The notes under the pieces: model-generated
Told to the model about the DNA's origin: nothing
Seen by the model: only the letters and a program-made list of their open reading frames with translations
Databases searched by the model: none
Assembly (NCBI GenBank): GCA_963845245.1
Contig: CAWJRJ010000016.1
Span: forward strand, 96,001-160,000
Direction of reading: 5' to 3'
DNA length: 64,000 bases
Source of the DNA: Nitrospirota bacterium
Lineage (GTDB): Bacteria > Nitrospirota > JACRHJ01
Program-made: the position numbers and the translations under genes
In this document: one piece after another, positions 49,281 to 58,534 of the stretch
Layout of the letters: each line of letters begins with the position of its first letter
How positions within the stretch are numbered: position 1 is the stretch's first letter

Positions 49281-50703
49281 GTCCCTGCTGATCTGGTTGC
49301 TGGTGGTGGTTGCGCCTGCGGCGGCCTTTGCAGCCGGCCCGTGGTTTACAGACGTCACGGAGACATCGGGCATACCGTCGCTCAAGTACGGCGAGGGCGT
49401 CAACTTCTGCGACCTCGACGGCGACGGGTTACCGGAACTCTTCCTGCCGTGTGTCAAGGGCAGGGACAGGCTGTACAAGAACATGGGCGGTTTCCGGTTT
49501 GCAGATGTCACGGACGCGAGAGGTATTAAGGAAAAGGACGGCATAGGGGCCGTATTTGCGGACTTCGATGGCGACGGCCAGTTCGACCTCTATGTCGTCA
49601 GGGGCGCATACCCCTATGGAATAAACGTTCTTTACAGGCAGGGACGCGATGGAAGGTTCATCGACATATCGGAAAAGTCCGGGGCCTCGGGCAGGAAAAA
49701 CGGCATATCGGCCGTTGCCGGAGACTTCGCGGGAAAAGGTAAGCTGGATATATTTGTATCCAACTGGGGCACGAATACACTTTACAAGAACAGCGGGGGC
49801 GGAAAGCTCCTGTTTTCAGACGCTACCGAAACATCAGGGCTCTCTGAGGAGGGCAAAAGCTGGGGCGCGCTGATATCCGACTTTAACTGCGACGGCAGGC
49901 CCGACATCTTCGTGATGCGTGGCGGCTTCGGCAAACCCGAGGACAGCAGGCTCTTTATAAACACAGGTACTGGTAGTTTCAGGGATACCGCAAAGGCTTC
50001 AGGCGTCACGGGCATCGGCTGGTCGATGGGTGCGGTCTCGGCCGACTTTAACGGCGACGGCTTCCCCGACCTGTTCGTCACCAATTACGACGGCCCGGAC
50101 CATTTATACCTGAACGACGGGAACGGCGGTTTCAGGGACGTGACTGCGGAATCCGGTATAACGTCCGGCCACAGCATAGGCGCGGCGGCGGGCTGCATAG
50201 ACGGAGACAGTAACCCCGACCTTGTCGTGGCGGGCTATGCCGGCCCGGTCAGGGTCTACAAGAACCTGGGCAGCGGGAAGTTTGCCGAAGTGAAGGACAC
50301 AGGCCTCGCCCTGTTCACAAAGAACGAAGGGGTCGCGCTTGCGGACGTGGATGGTAACGGGAGCCTCGACCTCTACGTCGCAAACTACGACGGACACAAT
50401 AAGTTGTACCGCAACAACCTTGGCGGTAAGAGCTACATAAAGGTGCGGCCGGCCGTCAAGGGCAGGGCCGCAGTGGGCGCGGTCGCAAGGCTCTACAAGT
50501 CTGGCGGTCTCGGCAAGAGGGAAGCCCTGCTTGCAAGCCAGGAGCTTCAGACGACATACGGTTTCTGTTCGCAGTCCCCGATGGAGCTTTTATTCAGGCT
50601 CCCCGACGCGGGACCTTATGATATAATGGTGCAGTTTCCCGGCGGCGCAAAGGTCAGCAGACGCGCAGTCAGTCCCGGGGTTATCGAGATTTCTGAGGAA
50701 TGA
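49267..50703 (+). CDS. Second FG-GAP/CRTAC1-like propeller protein
   Basis: Repeated D(F/L)(D/N)GDG..D and F.DVT..SG; GFCSQS. Confidence 0.85.
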   Translation: MTLPRSLLIWLLVVVAPAAAFAAGPWFTDVTETSGIPSLKYGEGVNFCDLDGDGLPELFLPCVKGRDRLYKNMGGFRFADVTDARGIKEKDGIGAVFADFDGDGQFDLYVVRGAYPYGINVLYRQGRDGRFIDISEKSGASGRKNGISAVAGDFAGKGKLDIFVSNWGTNTLYKNSGGGKLLFSDATETSGLSEEGKSWGALISDFNCDGRPDIFVMRGGFGKPEDSRLFINTGTGSFRDTAKASGVTGIGWSMGAVSADFNGDGFPDLFVTNYDGPDHLYLNDGNGGFRDVTAESGITSGHSIGAAAGCIDGDSNPDLVVAGYAGPVRVYKNLGSGKFAEVKDTGLALFTKNEGVALADVDGNGSLDLYVANYDGHNKLYRNNLGGKSYIKVRPAVKGRAAVGAVARLYKSGGLGKREALLASQELQTTYGFCSQSPMELLFRLPDAGPYDIMVQFPGGAKVSRRAVSPGVIEISEE

Positions 50704-50726
50704 TAATACGTAACGGAGGTTTTGTG

Positions 50727-51332
50727 ATGTTGAGAAAGGTGCTCCTTTTAGCGTTGTTTGCCGTCTTTATGTTTTCAGGCGCCCAAAGTTCAAACGCCTG
50801 TGTCGGGAAGTCCCTGGTGATCGGGAGTGTCAACGGGCCGGACAATACCGTAATGGCCGATATGCTGTCCATACTCATCACGGAGCGTACCGGCACGACA
50901 GTGGTGGTCAAGACCTTTAACGACTATAAGTCGCTCGGCGAAGCGATGAAGAAGGGTGAACTAGACATAATGCTCGACTACACGGGCCGCTGCTATATCG
51001 ACGTCCTGGGCAAACAGCCCGAGGCGGACGAGGCTAAGGTGTTCTCCGCGTTGAAGGAAGTCTACCAGCGCGACATGAACCTTATCTGGCTTGAGCCCTT
51101 CGGTTTCTCTGACTCTGGCGTGCTTGGCGGAAAAGGCGGGAAGACCCCGTCCGTCGCCGCGCCTATAGTGAAGAAGGATACGCTCGGCAAGTTCCCTGCC
51201 CTGCCACGTGTGATAAACAAGCTCTCCGGCAAGATAGACAACGCCGTCATGTCAAAGCTTATCGCCGAGGGCGGCAACGGCAACACCAAGAAGGCGACCA
51301 GGAAGTTCCTGAAGGACAACAGACTGATATGA
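50727..51332 (+). CDS. Short OpuAC-like solute-binding protein
   Basis: Signal peptide then ACVGK; LI.ERTGT; D..LDYTG; L.WL.PFGF; INKL.G.ID. Confidence 0.75.
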   Translation: MLRKVLLLALFAVFMFSGAQSSNACVGKSLVIGSVNGPDNTVMADMLSILITERTGTTVVVKTFNDYKSLGEAMKKGELDIMLDYTGRCYIDVLGKQPEADEAKVFSALKEVYQRDMNLIWLEPFGFSDSGVLGGKGGKTPSVAAPIVKKDTLGKFPALPRVINKLSGKIDNAVMSKLIAEGGNGNTKKATRKFLKDNRLI

Positions 51333-52240
51333 ACAGAAGGGAATTCATAAAGTCCGCCGCGGTCGTAGGCGTCGGCGCCGCAGTAGTTCCGGGGGCATTG
51401 CTCGGTAAGGCCTGGGCCGCGTCCGATGGGCCTGTCGTTGTCATTGCCAAAGGGAGCTCTCCCAGAAAGCTCGCGCGTGAGTCGGTCAAGGCACTGGGCG
51501 GGATGTCCGCCTTCGTCAAGAAAGGCGATGTTGTCGTAGTGAAGCCGAACATCGGCTGGGACCGCACGCCCGAGCAGGCCGCAAACACCAACCCGGAGCT
51601 GGTTGCCGAGGTCGTGCTTATGTGCCTTGAGGCCGGAGCGGCTAAGGTGCGCGTATTCGACCGCACCTGCAACGACGCACGCCGGTGCTATACAAGCAGC
51701 GGTATCGCGCCCGCGCTCGAGGCCATAAAAGACAGCCGCCTTGAGGTAACGCATATAGACGAACGCAAATTCAGGCGCGTCGATATCCAGGGCGGCAAGT
51801 TCCTGAAAGGCTGGGACGTCTACGAGGACGTCCTGTCCGCGGACAAGTTCATCAACCTCCCGGTGGCGAAGCACCACAGCGCGGCTGTCCTCACAATGGG
51901 CATGAAAAACGTGATGGGCGTGATTGGCAGCAACAGGGCGGTGCTGCACAAGAACATCCACGAGGCGCTGCCGGATCTGAACCGCGCGGTAAAGTCCCAC
52001 CTCGTCATAGTCGATGCGACCCGGGTGCTCATTGCAAACGGCCCGCAGGGCGGCAGGCTCGAGGACGTGAAGGTCATGAACACGGTGGTCGCGGGCAGGG
52101 ACATCGTCGCGGTGGACACGGTCGCCGCTACGCTTTTCGGGAAGACGCCCAAAGAGGTACGCTACCTCCAGTTCGCGCATGACTCAGGCCTCGGCGTCGC
52201 TGATATAAACGGCATAAAGCTGAAGAAGGTCTCGGCATAG
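51329..52240 (+). CDS. Tat-exported DUF362 protein B
   Basis: MNRREFIK; same motifs as DUF362 A (CNDARRCY, AKHH, GPQGG). Confidence 0.87.
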   Translation: MNRREFIKSAAVVGVGAAVVPGALLGKAWAASDGPVVVIAKGSSPRKLARESVKALGGMSAFVKKGDVVVVKPNIGWDRTPEQAANTNPELVAEVVLMCLEAGAAKVRVFDRTCNDARRCYTSSGIAPALEAIKDSRLEVTHIDERKFRRVDIQGGKFLKGWDVYEDVLSADKFINLPVAKHHSAAVLTMGMKNVMGVIGSNRAVLHKNIHEALPDLNRAVKSHLVIVDATRVLIANGPQGGRLEDVKVMNTVVAGRDIVAVDTVAATLFGKTPKEVRYLQFAHDSGLGVADINGIKLKKVSA

Positions 52241-52253
52241 GCAGGCTGTATTA

Positions 52254-53792
52254 ATGCGGATTTTAAGAAGGCTCTCCCAGTTCCTGGTGTTCCTGGTGTT
52301 TGTGTTCCTGTTCCTGAACACCGAGTACAAGGACAACGACATACTGCCCTACGCCGTGAACGTGTTCCTCAGGCTCGACCCCCTCGTCGCCGCGGCGGCG
52401 GTGTTCTCCGGGCGTGTGCTCATATCCCTGGTCTGGCCCGCCCTTATCACCGTTGCCCTAACATTATTGATAGGCCGCTTTTTCTGCGGCTGGGTCTGCC
52501 CCCTGGGCGCTGTGCTCGACTTCACCGACGCCACCGTCTTCAGGAAGCTCAGGAGGAAGAATAAAGTCCCCCAGTCGTGGAGCAAGTTCAAATACCTTAT
52601 CCTTCTGTTCCTTCTCGCGTCCTCGCTGTTCACGCTCCAGCTGGTGTTCCTGTTCGACCCGATAAGCCTTCTTATCCGGTCGTTCACAGCCACGGTCTTC
52701 CCGGCGGCGAACTACGCGATAAATACCACGTTCGATGCGCTGTACAAGGCAGGCCCGGTATCCAAGGTCTCAGAGCCCGTCTACAGTTTCCTTAAGGACC
52801 ACTTCCTCGCCTTCGAGCAGCCGCATTACAGGATGGCTGGGCTCATCGGCCTTGTATTTATAACCATCCTTGGCCTGGAGTACTACCAGAAACGGTTCTG
52901 GTGCAGGAACCTCTGTCCGCTTGGCGCGATATTCGGGTTGCTTGGCAGGTTCGGCATCGTAAAAAGAAGGGTATCCGAGCCGGACTGCATAGACTGCGGG
53001 CTTTGCAGAAGGACCTGCCGCATGGGTGCCGTGGAGGAAGAGTTCATAACCACGTCACGTCAGGAATGCATCGGGTGCATGGACTGCCGCGCGGTCTGCC
53101 CCGAGAAGGCGATAAGCTTCACGGGCGACGTACAGGCAGAGGATACGACGCTCGACCTCTCCAGAAGGGGTGTCATCTATTCGCTCGCATTAGGCGCGGC
53201 GGCAGTGCCGGTCCTGGGGTCCGAGGCTTACAGGAAGGCCCCGGCCCCGTCCGCCATAAGGCCGCCCGGCGCATTGCCGGAGGACGATTTCCTCGCCCGC
53301 TGTACGCGCTGCGGCGAGTGCATGAGGGTCTGCATCGCCAACGGCCTCCAGCCCTCGCTCTTCGAGGCCGGCCTTGCCGGGCTCTGGAGCCCGGTGCTTG
53401 TGCCGCGCATAGGATACTGCGAATACAACTGTACGCTCTGCGGTCAGGTCTGTCCGACCGGCGCCATAAAGAGGCTCCCGGTCGAGGAGAAGCACAAGGT
53501 GAAACTCGGACTTGCCGAGGTGGACCGGAGCCACTGCCTGCCCTGGAAGGGCGATTCCGACTGCATCGTGTGCGAGGAGCACTGTCCAACGCCGAAGAAG
53601 GCGATAAGGCTTCAGGATGAGAAGGTACTCACCATGTCCGGCGAGGTCAAGACGTTCAAGAGACCGTTTGTCGACGAGAGCCTCTGCGTGGGTTGCGGCA
53701 TATGCGAGACGAAATGCCCGCTTACAGACCGCGCCGCGATAAGGGTCACATCTCGCGGGGAGTCGCGCGCTAACAAGCAGGAATTTCTATAA
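52254..53792 (+). CDS. Membrane polyferredoxin, NapH/MauN-like fused to NapG/MauM-like domain
   Basis: GRFFCGWVCPLG, RFWCRNLCPLG, CxxCxxCxxxC pairs, SRRG, IRPPGA...F...C.RC.EC. Confidence 0.9.
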   Translation: MRILRRLSQFLVFLVFVFLFLNTEYKDNDILPYAVNVFLRLDPLVAAAAVFSGRVLISLVWPALITVALTLLIGRFFCGWVCPLGAVLDFTDATVFRKLRRKNKVPQSWSKFKYLILLFLLASSLFTLQLVFLFDPISLLIRSFTATVFPAANYAINTTFDALYKAGPVSKVSEPVYSFLKDHFLAFEQPHYRMAGLIGLVFITILGLEYYQKRFWCRNLCPLGAIFGLLGRFGIVKRRVSEPDCIDCGLCRRTCRMGAVEEEFITTSRQECIGCMDCRAVCPEKAISFTGDVQAEDTTLDLSRRGVIYSLALGAAAVPVLGSEAYRKAPAPSAIRPPGALPEDDFLARCTRCGECMRVCIANGLQPSLFEAGLAGLWSPVLVPRIGYCEYNCTLCGQVCPTGAIKRLPVEEKHKVKLGLAEVDRSHCLPWKGDSDCIVCEEHCPTPKKAIRLQDEKVLTMSGEVKTFKRPFVDESLCVGCGICETKCPLTDRAAIRVTSRGESRANKQEFL

Positions 53793-53853
53793 ATTCTTGA
53801 AATAAATGTGCTTTTGTGCTAATTTTAAACATCTGTTTTGTGGAGGGACGAGT

Positions 53854-54776
53854 ATGCTGAGGGTCGCGAGTCTGGTTGTGGTTGCGGTTTACCTTGCACT
53901 TTTTATCGGATGCGCATCGGTCAAAAATTCCGCTGATATCCCGAAGTATGAAGAGCTTTCCGCCGGGGGTGACCAGTCCGCAACCAGGGCGTTGATAGAC
54001 GCGCTCCACTCGCGTGACAGGGCTGAAAGGGACGCAGCCTACAAGGCCCTGATTGACGCAGGCAGCCCTGCGGTGCCGGAGCTTCTGAAGAGCCTGAAGG
54101 ACGACGACCCGGATATCAGGGAATACGCGGCGGCGGCGCTTGGAGATATAGGCGATAAAAGGGCGGTAAGCCCGCTTCTCGAAATGTTAAAGACCGAGCC
54201 CAAGAGACGTTACATCGCCGCATGGGCGCTTGGCAAGCTGAAGGCGGAGGTCTGCGATCGACCCTCTTATATCGGCGCTTGCCGAGAAGAACGACGCGCT
54301 CCAGAAGGAGTCCACCCGTGCGTTGATCGCAATCGGCGCGCCTGCGGTGCCGGCGCTGATAAGGGCGATGGACAGCCCCGACAGCGACGTCAGGGCTTTC
54401 TCGGCCAGGGCGCTTGGCATTATAGAAGACAAGAGGGGTGAAGACCCGCTGATAAGGCACATAAACGACGAGAACGACGACGTTGCCGCCGCCGCCGCGC
54501 TTGCGCTGGGTACGGCAGGCACCCAGAAATCGGTCGCCCCTCTTGTAGCCGCGCTTAGGCTCAAAGCACATGATGACGAGGGTGAACGCCGCCATATCGC
54601 TTGGCACCTTGAACGCGAAGGACGCGGTCGCGCCGCTCACGGAAATAATGGATAAAGACGAAGACCCCTATGTCAGGGAGTGGTGCGCAAGGGCGCTGGA
54701 GAATATCACGGACAACAGGTACAAATATAAAGACGAGCACGGCATGATGGTATTTCCGTACAACCTGTACCGGTAG
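53854..54776 (+). CDS. HEAT-repeat lipoprotein (frameshifts near 54253 and 54570)
   Basis: FIGC lipobox; repeated R..AA.ALG.IG...AV.PL over three ORFs. Confidence 0.8.
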
Positions 54777-54858
54777 CCTGGCCGACAAAGTCTTATTGCC
54801 GAGGCAGGTGGCCCGTTCCATCTGCCTCTTGTTTATTGTTTTAAGCTTCAGGGGTGCG

Positions 54859-55629
54859 ATGTTTCAGGCCAGGCTCTTATTAATCGCTGTCGTATTTTTC
54901 ATGCTTACCGGTTGCGCCGGGCAGGGGGGCCCGCCTGTTGCAGGCGTATCTTCCGGCGGTGTTGAAGGCGTCCTCACCGGCCCGGATGAAAAACCGTTAT
55001 CAGGCGCCGAGGTCTATTTCTATACCGACCCGTCAAAGAGGTTCCGCGGTCCTGCGGATTTCATGGCGGAGCCGACGGGTGAGGACGGGAAATACATAAC
55101 CGAGCTCCCCGCGGGTAAATACTATGCGGTCGCCAGGAAGAGGACATCCGGCAGCATATCGGGGAACCTGCAGAAGGGCGATTACTATACGCCCGAGGCG
55201 TACGGGCCTATAGATGTCGGCGGTTCGGGATACGTCAAAGTGGACCTGAAGCTTGAGGAGCTTACCGGCAACATGCTGTTCAGCGTCTTCTCCGGGCGCG
55301 GCGGGGGCCAGGGCATCAAGGGCATTATAAAGTCAAGGGACGGGAAGCCCTACGCCAAGGCGTACGCGTTTGCCTACAAAGACCCAAGGATGACCGGGCG
55401 GCCCGATTACGTATCGGAATGGACGCGCGAGGACGGCGTATTCGTAATATATGTCCTTGAACCCGGTAGATATTACGTGGGCGCCAGGACCGGATTCATG
55501 GGCGTCCCCAAACCGGACGAGCCGTACGGAAGATACGACGGCAGCGGCGACCACTCCGTAGACGTGAACGAAGGTGCGACGGTCGAAGGGATAGACATCA
55601 CCCTTAAAAGGTTTTCAGGCTCAAGGTAG
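54859..55629 (+). CDS. Lipoprotein with two beta-sandwich domains (paralog 5)
   Basis: LTGC lipobox; GKYYAVARKR; MTGRPDYVS; GRYDG..DHS. Confidence 0.75.
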   Translation: MFQARLLLIAVVFFMLTGCAGQGGPPVAGVSSGGVEGVLTGPDEKPLSGAEVYFYTDPSKRFRGPADFMAEPTGEDGKYITELPAGKYYAVARKRTSGSISGNLQKGDYYTPEAYGPIDVGGSGYVKVDLKLEELTGNMLFSVFSGRGGGQGIKGIIKSRDGKPYAKAYAFAYKDPRMTGRPDYVSEWTREDGVFVIYVLEPGRYYVGARTGFMGVPKPDEPYGRYDGSGDHSVDVNEGATVEGIDITLKRFSGSR

Positions 55630-55634
55630 CTATA

Positions 55635-56936
55635 ATGCCAAGACCCCTCCCGGAAAAGATCACGTCCTTTTTCTCCTCCATGAGGCTCGCGGTTTTTCTT
55701 CTTATTATCCTTGCCGCGGTCTCGGTGATAGGGACCTTCATACCCCAGGCGCAGGACCCGCAGATATACATCCAGAGGTATGGAGAAGACACCTACACGA
55801 AGTTCAGGCTGCTGGGTTTCATAGACCTCTATCACTCATGGGGGTTCAGGGCTATTGTACTCATGCTGGGCCTGAACCTTCTCGTCTGCAGCATTAAGCG
55901 CCTCAAGAACATAATCAGGCGCACGTTCAGGCCGGATGTCGAAAAGAGCCCGGAGTTCATAAGGGGACTGAAGATCCATAACGACCTCCCGGCGCCGGAC
56001 AAGGTCCATGTGCTTGAGAGGGCGCTCACCGACAAAAAATACCGGATTATAAAAAGCGGGAACAACATCTATGCCGCGAAGGGAATACTCGGGCCCTGGG
56101 GCGACATGATAACGCATTTAAGTATCCTCACGGTTCTTGCCGGTGCGCTCATCGGGAGCCTCGGCTTTGTCGGCACGATAAATATCTACGAGGGCGACTG
56201 GTCCGACCAGTATTACAACTGGAACCGCGGGCGTGACGAGTCCTTGGGTTTCAGGCTTAACGTGGACAACCTCTCAGTAATGCATTACCCTGTCTCGTTC
56301 AAGCTTCGGGTACGTGAAAGGGCTACTGGCGTCAAGGTCGGCATATATAAGGCGGTGGAAGGCAGCTCGCTCCGGTTGCCTGATAAGAGGTACAAGATAA
56401 TCCCGGAAAAAGCAGACCTCGAAAGACATGAAGCGGTCCTGGATATCTATTCAGACGACAGGGTCATCGGCACCTACGATACCGGGTTGCCGGAAGGTGG
56501 GCCTCTGGCCCCGCCGCTTTTCACCTACAGCTTCGAAGTACAGTCCATGGGGGAACCGGTCACAAAGAGCATCGCGAGCAGGGTGAGGCTGACGAGGGAT
56601 GGCCAGACCCTGAAAGACGCAGTCGTCGAGGTGAACAACCCGCTCAAGTTCGAAGGACTGGTCATCTACCAGACCGCCTACGGCAAGGACCCGCAGGGCA
56701 GGAACTATTCGGGGTTTCAGATTGTAAGGGACCCGGGCGTACCTGTTGTATGGGCGGGTTTTATAATGCTCATGGCCGGCCTTTTCCTGTCTTTTTATTT
56801 CTTCCACAGACAGGTATGGATATGCATCGAGGACGGCAGTGTAATAATCGGAGGGACGACAAACAAAGACCCGGCGGGTTTCATGCGTGAATACGGCGGG
56901 ATTATAAAGGCCTTTATGCAGGAAGTGGAGCCTTAG
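55635..56936 (+). CDS. resB: Cytochrome c biogenesis protein ResB/Ccs1
   Basis: SMRLA..LL, IGT.IPQ, D.YHSW.F, NL..CS, ITH.S, VN.PL...G...YQ, SG.QI..DPG. Confidence 0.88.
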   Translation: MPRPLPEKITSFFSSMRLAVFLLIILAAVSVIGTFIPQAQDPQIYIQRYGEDTYTKFRLLGFIDLYHSWGFRAIVLMLGLNLLVCSIKRLKNIIRRTFRPDVEKSPEFIRGLKIHNDLPAPDKVHVLERALTDKKYRIIKSGNNIYAAKGILGPWGDMITHLSILTVLAGALIGSLGFVGTINIYEGDWSDQYYNWNRGRDESLGFRLNVDNLSVMHYPVSFKLRVRERATGVKVGIYKAVEGSSLRLPDKRYKIIPEKADLERHEAVLDIYSDDRVIGTYDTGLPEGGPLAPPLFTYSFEVQSMGEPVTKSIASRVRLTRDGQTLKDAVVEVNNPLKFEGLVIYQTAYGKDPQGRNYSGFQIVRDPGVPVVWAGFIMLMAGLFLSFYFFHRQVWICIEDGSVIIGGTTNKDPAGFMREYGGIIKAFMQEVEP

Positions 56937-58466
56937 ATGAAGGTCGGTCTCAGGGCGAAGGTAATAATCTTTGTCAGCCTCCTCGTGATAGCGGTCATAT
57001 CGATAAACGCCGCAATCACTATCCGTACCGAGAGGAAGGAGCGCGAACGGCAGCTCTTTGAGCAGGGCCGCCTTTTTGCAAGGTTGACGGCGACTGACGT
57101 CGCGCGTTCGTACGGCTCTCTCTCGTGGGGAGGCGCCGGCAGCCTTGGCACGCCGGATATGCAGGTAGCCAAGTTCTTCAGCTATTACCCCGACCTGTCG
57201 CGTTTGTCTATTATAAGTCAGAGCGGGCTGGTGCTTTACGATTCCGGCTCCGGCAGGCCAGGGCCCGGCCAGGAGCGGTTGACCGACCCCGACCTGATAA
57301 AGAGGCTGAATTCTCCAGAGATGGATGTGCGGCAGTTTACCGGGCCGGACGGCCAGAGTTACATGGATATCCTCGCCCCGGTAACCGAGACGGGCGGGCC
57401 GCAGTTCCTGAAGGTGCGTTATATTATATCATTCCGTTCTCTTGAGGAGCGGCTTTCCGCAATCAGGGAGGAGTTCCTTCTGCTGGCTGGGTTCTTCATC
57501 GCGGTCGGCATAATCGGTGCGACCCTGTTCTCGACCAGGCTTACCATGCCCATCCTCAAGCTCAAAGACGGAGCGGGCGAGATTGCAAAGGGAAACCTTG
57601 AGCACCTCGTGGAGGTTTCGGCAAAGGACGAGATTGGCGAACTTGGACGCTCGTTCAACCGGATGGCGCTTTCGCTTAAGGAGCACAGGAAGGAGCTCGA
57701 GGAGGCTAACCTCAGCCTGAAGAGCAGGAACGACGAACTGAAGGAACTCCACAAGGAGCTTATCCGCTCGGAGAGGATGGCCGCCGTCGGCGAGCTTGCG
57801 GCTGGTCTTTCGCATGAGATAGACAACCCCATCGGCGTTATACTGGGCTTTGCGGAACTGCTGCTGGAAGACATGCCCGCAGACGACCCCAGGCGCGAGG
57901 ACCTTGTCACCATCCTCGAGGAGAGCAAACGCTGCAAACGGATAGTGAGGGGGTTATTGGACTTTTCAAGGCCGCCCGTGTTAGGGGTGGTTCCCACCCA
58001 GGTCAACGAGGTGATAAGGCGGACGGTGCATGCCGCCCGGTCACAGCGCATATTCAAGGCGGTCGAAGTCGCGCTCGACCTCTCTCCCGAAATCCCGGAG
58101 ATAGCCGCCGACCCCGACCGTCTCAGACAGGTGTTCATGAACCTGCTGTTAAACGCGGTTCAGGCCATGCCGGAGGGCGGCAAGATTGTGGTCTCGACCG
58201 GTTACGATAAAGATGGGGGGCTGATAAAGGCGTCATTTGCGGACACCGGCACCGGCATACCGCAGGAAGACCAGGAAAAGGTTTTCGAGCCGTTCTTCAC
58301 CACCAAGAGGCCCGGCGAGGGTACCGGCCTGGGGCTTGCCATATGCGCAAGGCTGCTTGAGGAGCACGGCGGGACGGTCGAGGTGCAGAGCGAGCCGGGA
58401 AAAGGTTCGGTCTTCACCGTCACACTGCCCGTCGCAGGCCCGGCTATAAATCCCGAAAAAGCTTGA
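56937..58466 (+). CDS. Membrane sensor histidine kinase with HAMP domain
   Basis: Two TMs, DEIGEL..SFN.M, HEIDNP, NLL.NA, D.G.GI, FEPFFTTK, GTGLGL. Confidence 0.95.
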   Translation: MKVGLRAKVIIFVSLLVIAVISINAAITIRTERKERERQLFEQGRLFARLTATDVARSYGSLSWGGAGSLGTPDMQVAKFFSYYPDLSRLSIISQSGLVLYDSGSGRPGPGQERLTDPDLIKRLNSPEMDVRQFTGPDGQSYMDILAPVTETGGPQFLKVRYIISFRSLEERLSAIREEFLLLAGFFIAVGIIGATLFSTRLTMPILKLKDGAGEIAKGNLEHLVEVSAKDEIGELGRSFNRMALSLKEHRKELEEANLSLKSRNDELKELHKELIRSERMAAVGELAAGLSHEIDNPIGVILGFAELLLEDMPADDPRREDLVTILEESKRCKRIVRGLLDFSRPPVLGVVPTQVNEVIRRTVHAARSQRIFKAVEVALDLSPEIPEIAADPDRLRQVFMNLLLNAVQAMPEGGKIVVSTGYDKDGGLIKASFADTGTGIPQEDQEKVFEPFFTTKRPGEGTGLGLAICARLLEEHGGTVEVQSEPGKGSVFTVTLPVAGPAINPEKA

Positions 58467-58534
58467 AGCGACAAGCGTAATTGTAATATAATTACTTTTC
58501 GGCCCCTATAACTTAAAACCAGGAACTTTTACTA

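Noticed and set aside
39432..52180. Long antisense ORFs (e.g. 39432-40334, 45393-46154, 51062-52180)
   Set aside because: Shadow frames of GC-biased genes on the plus strand, with no recognisable motifs.
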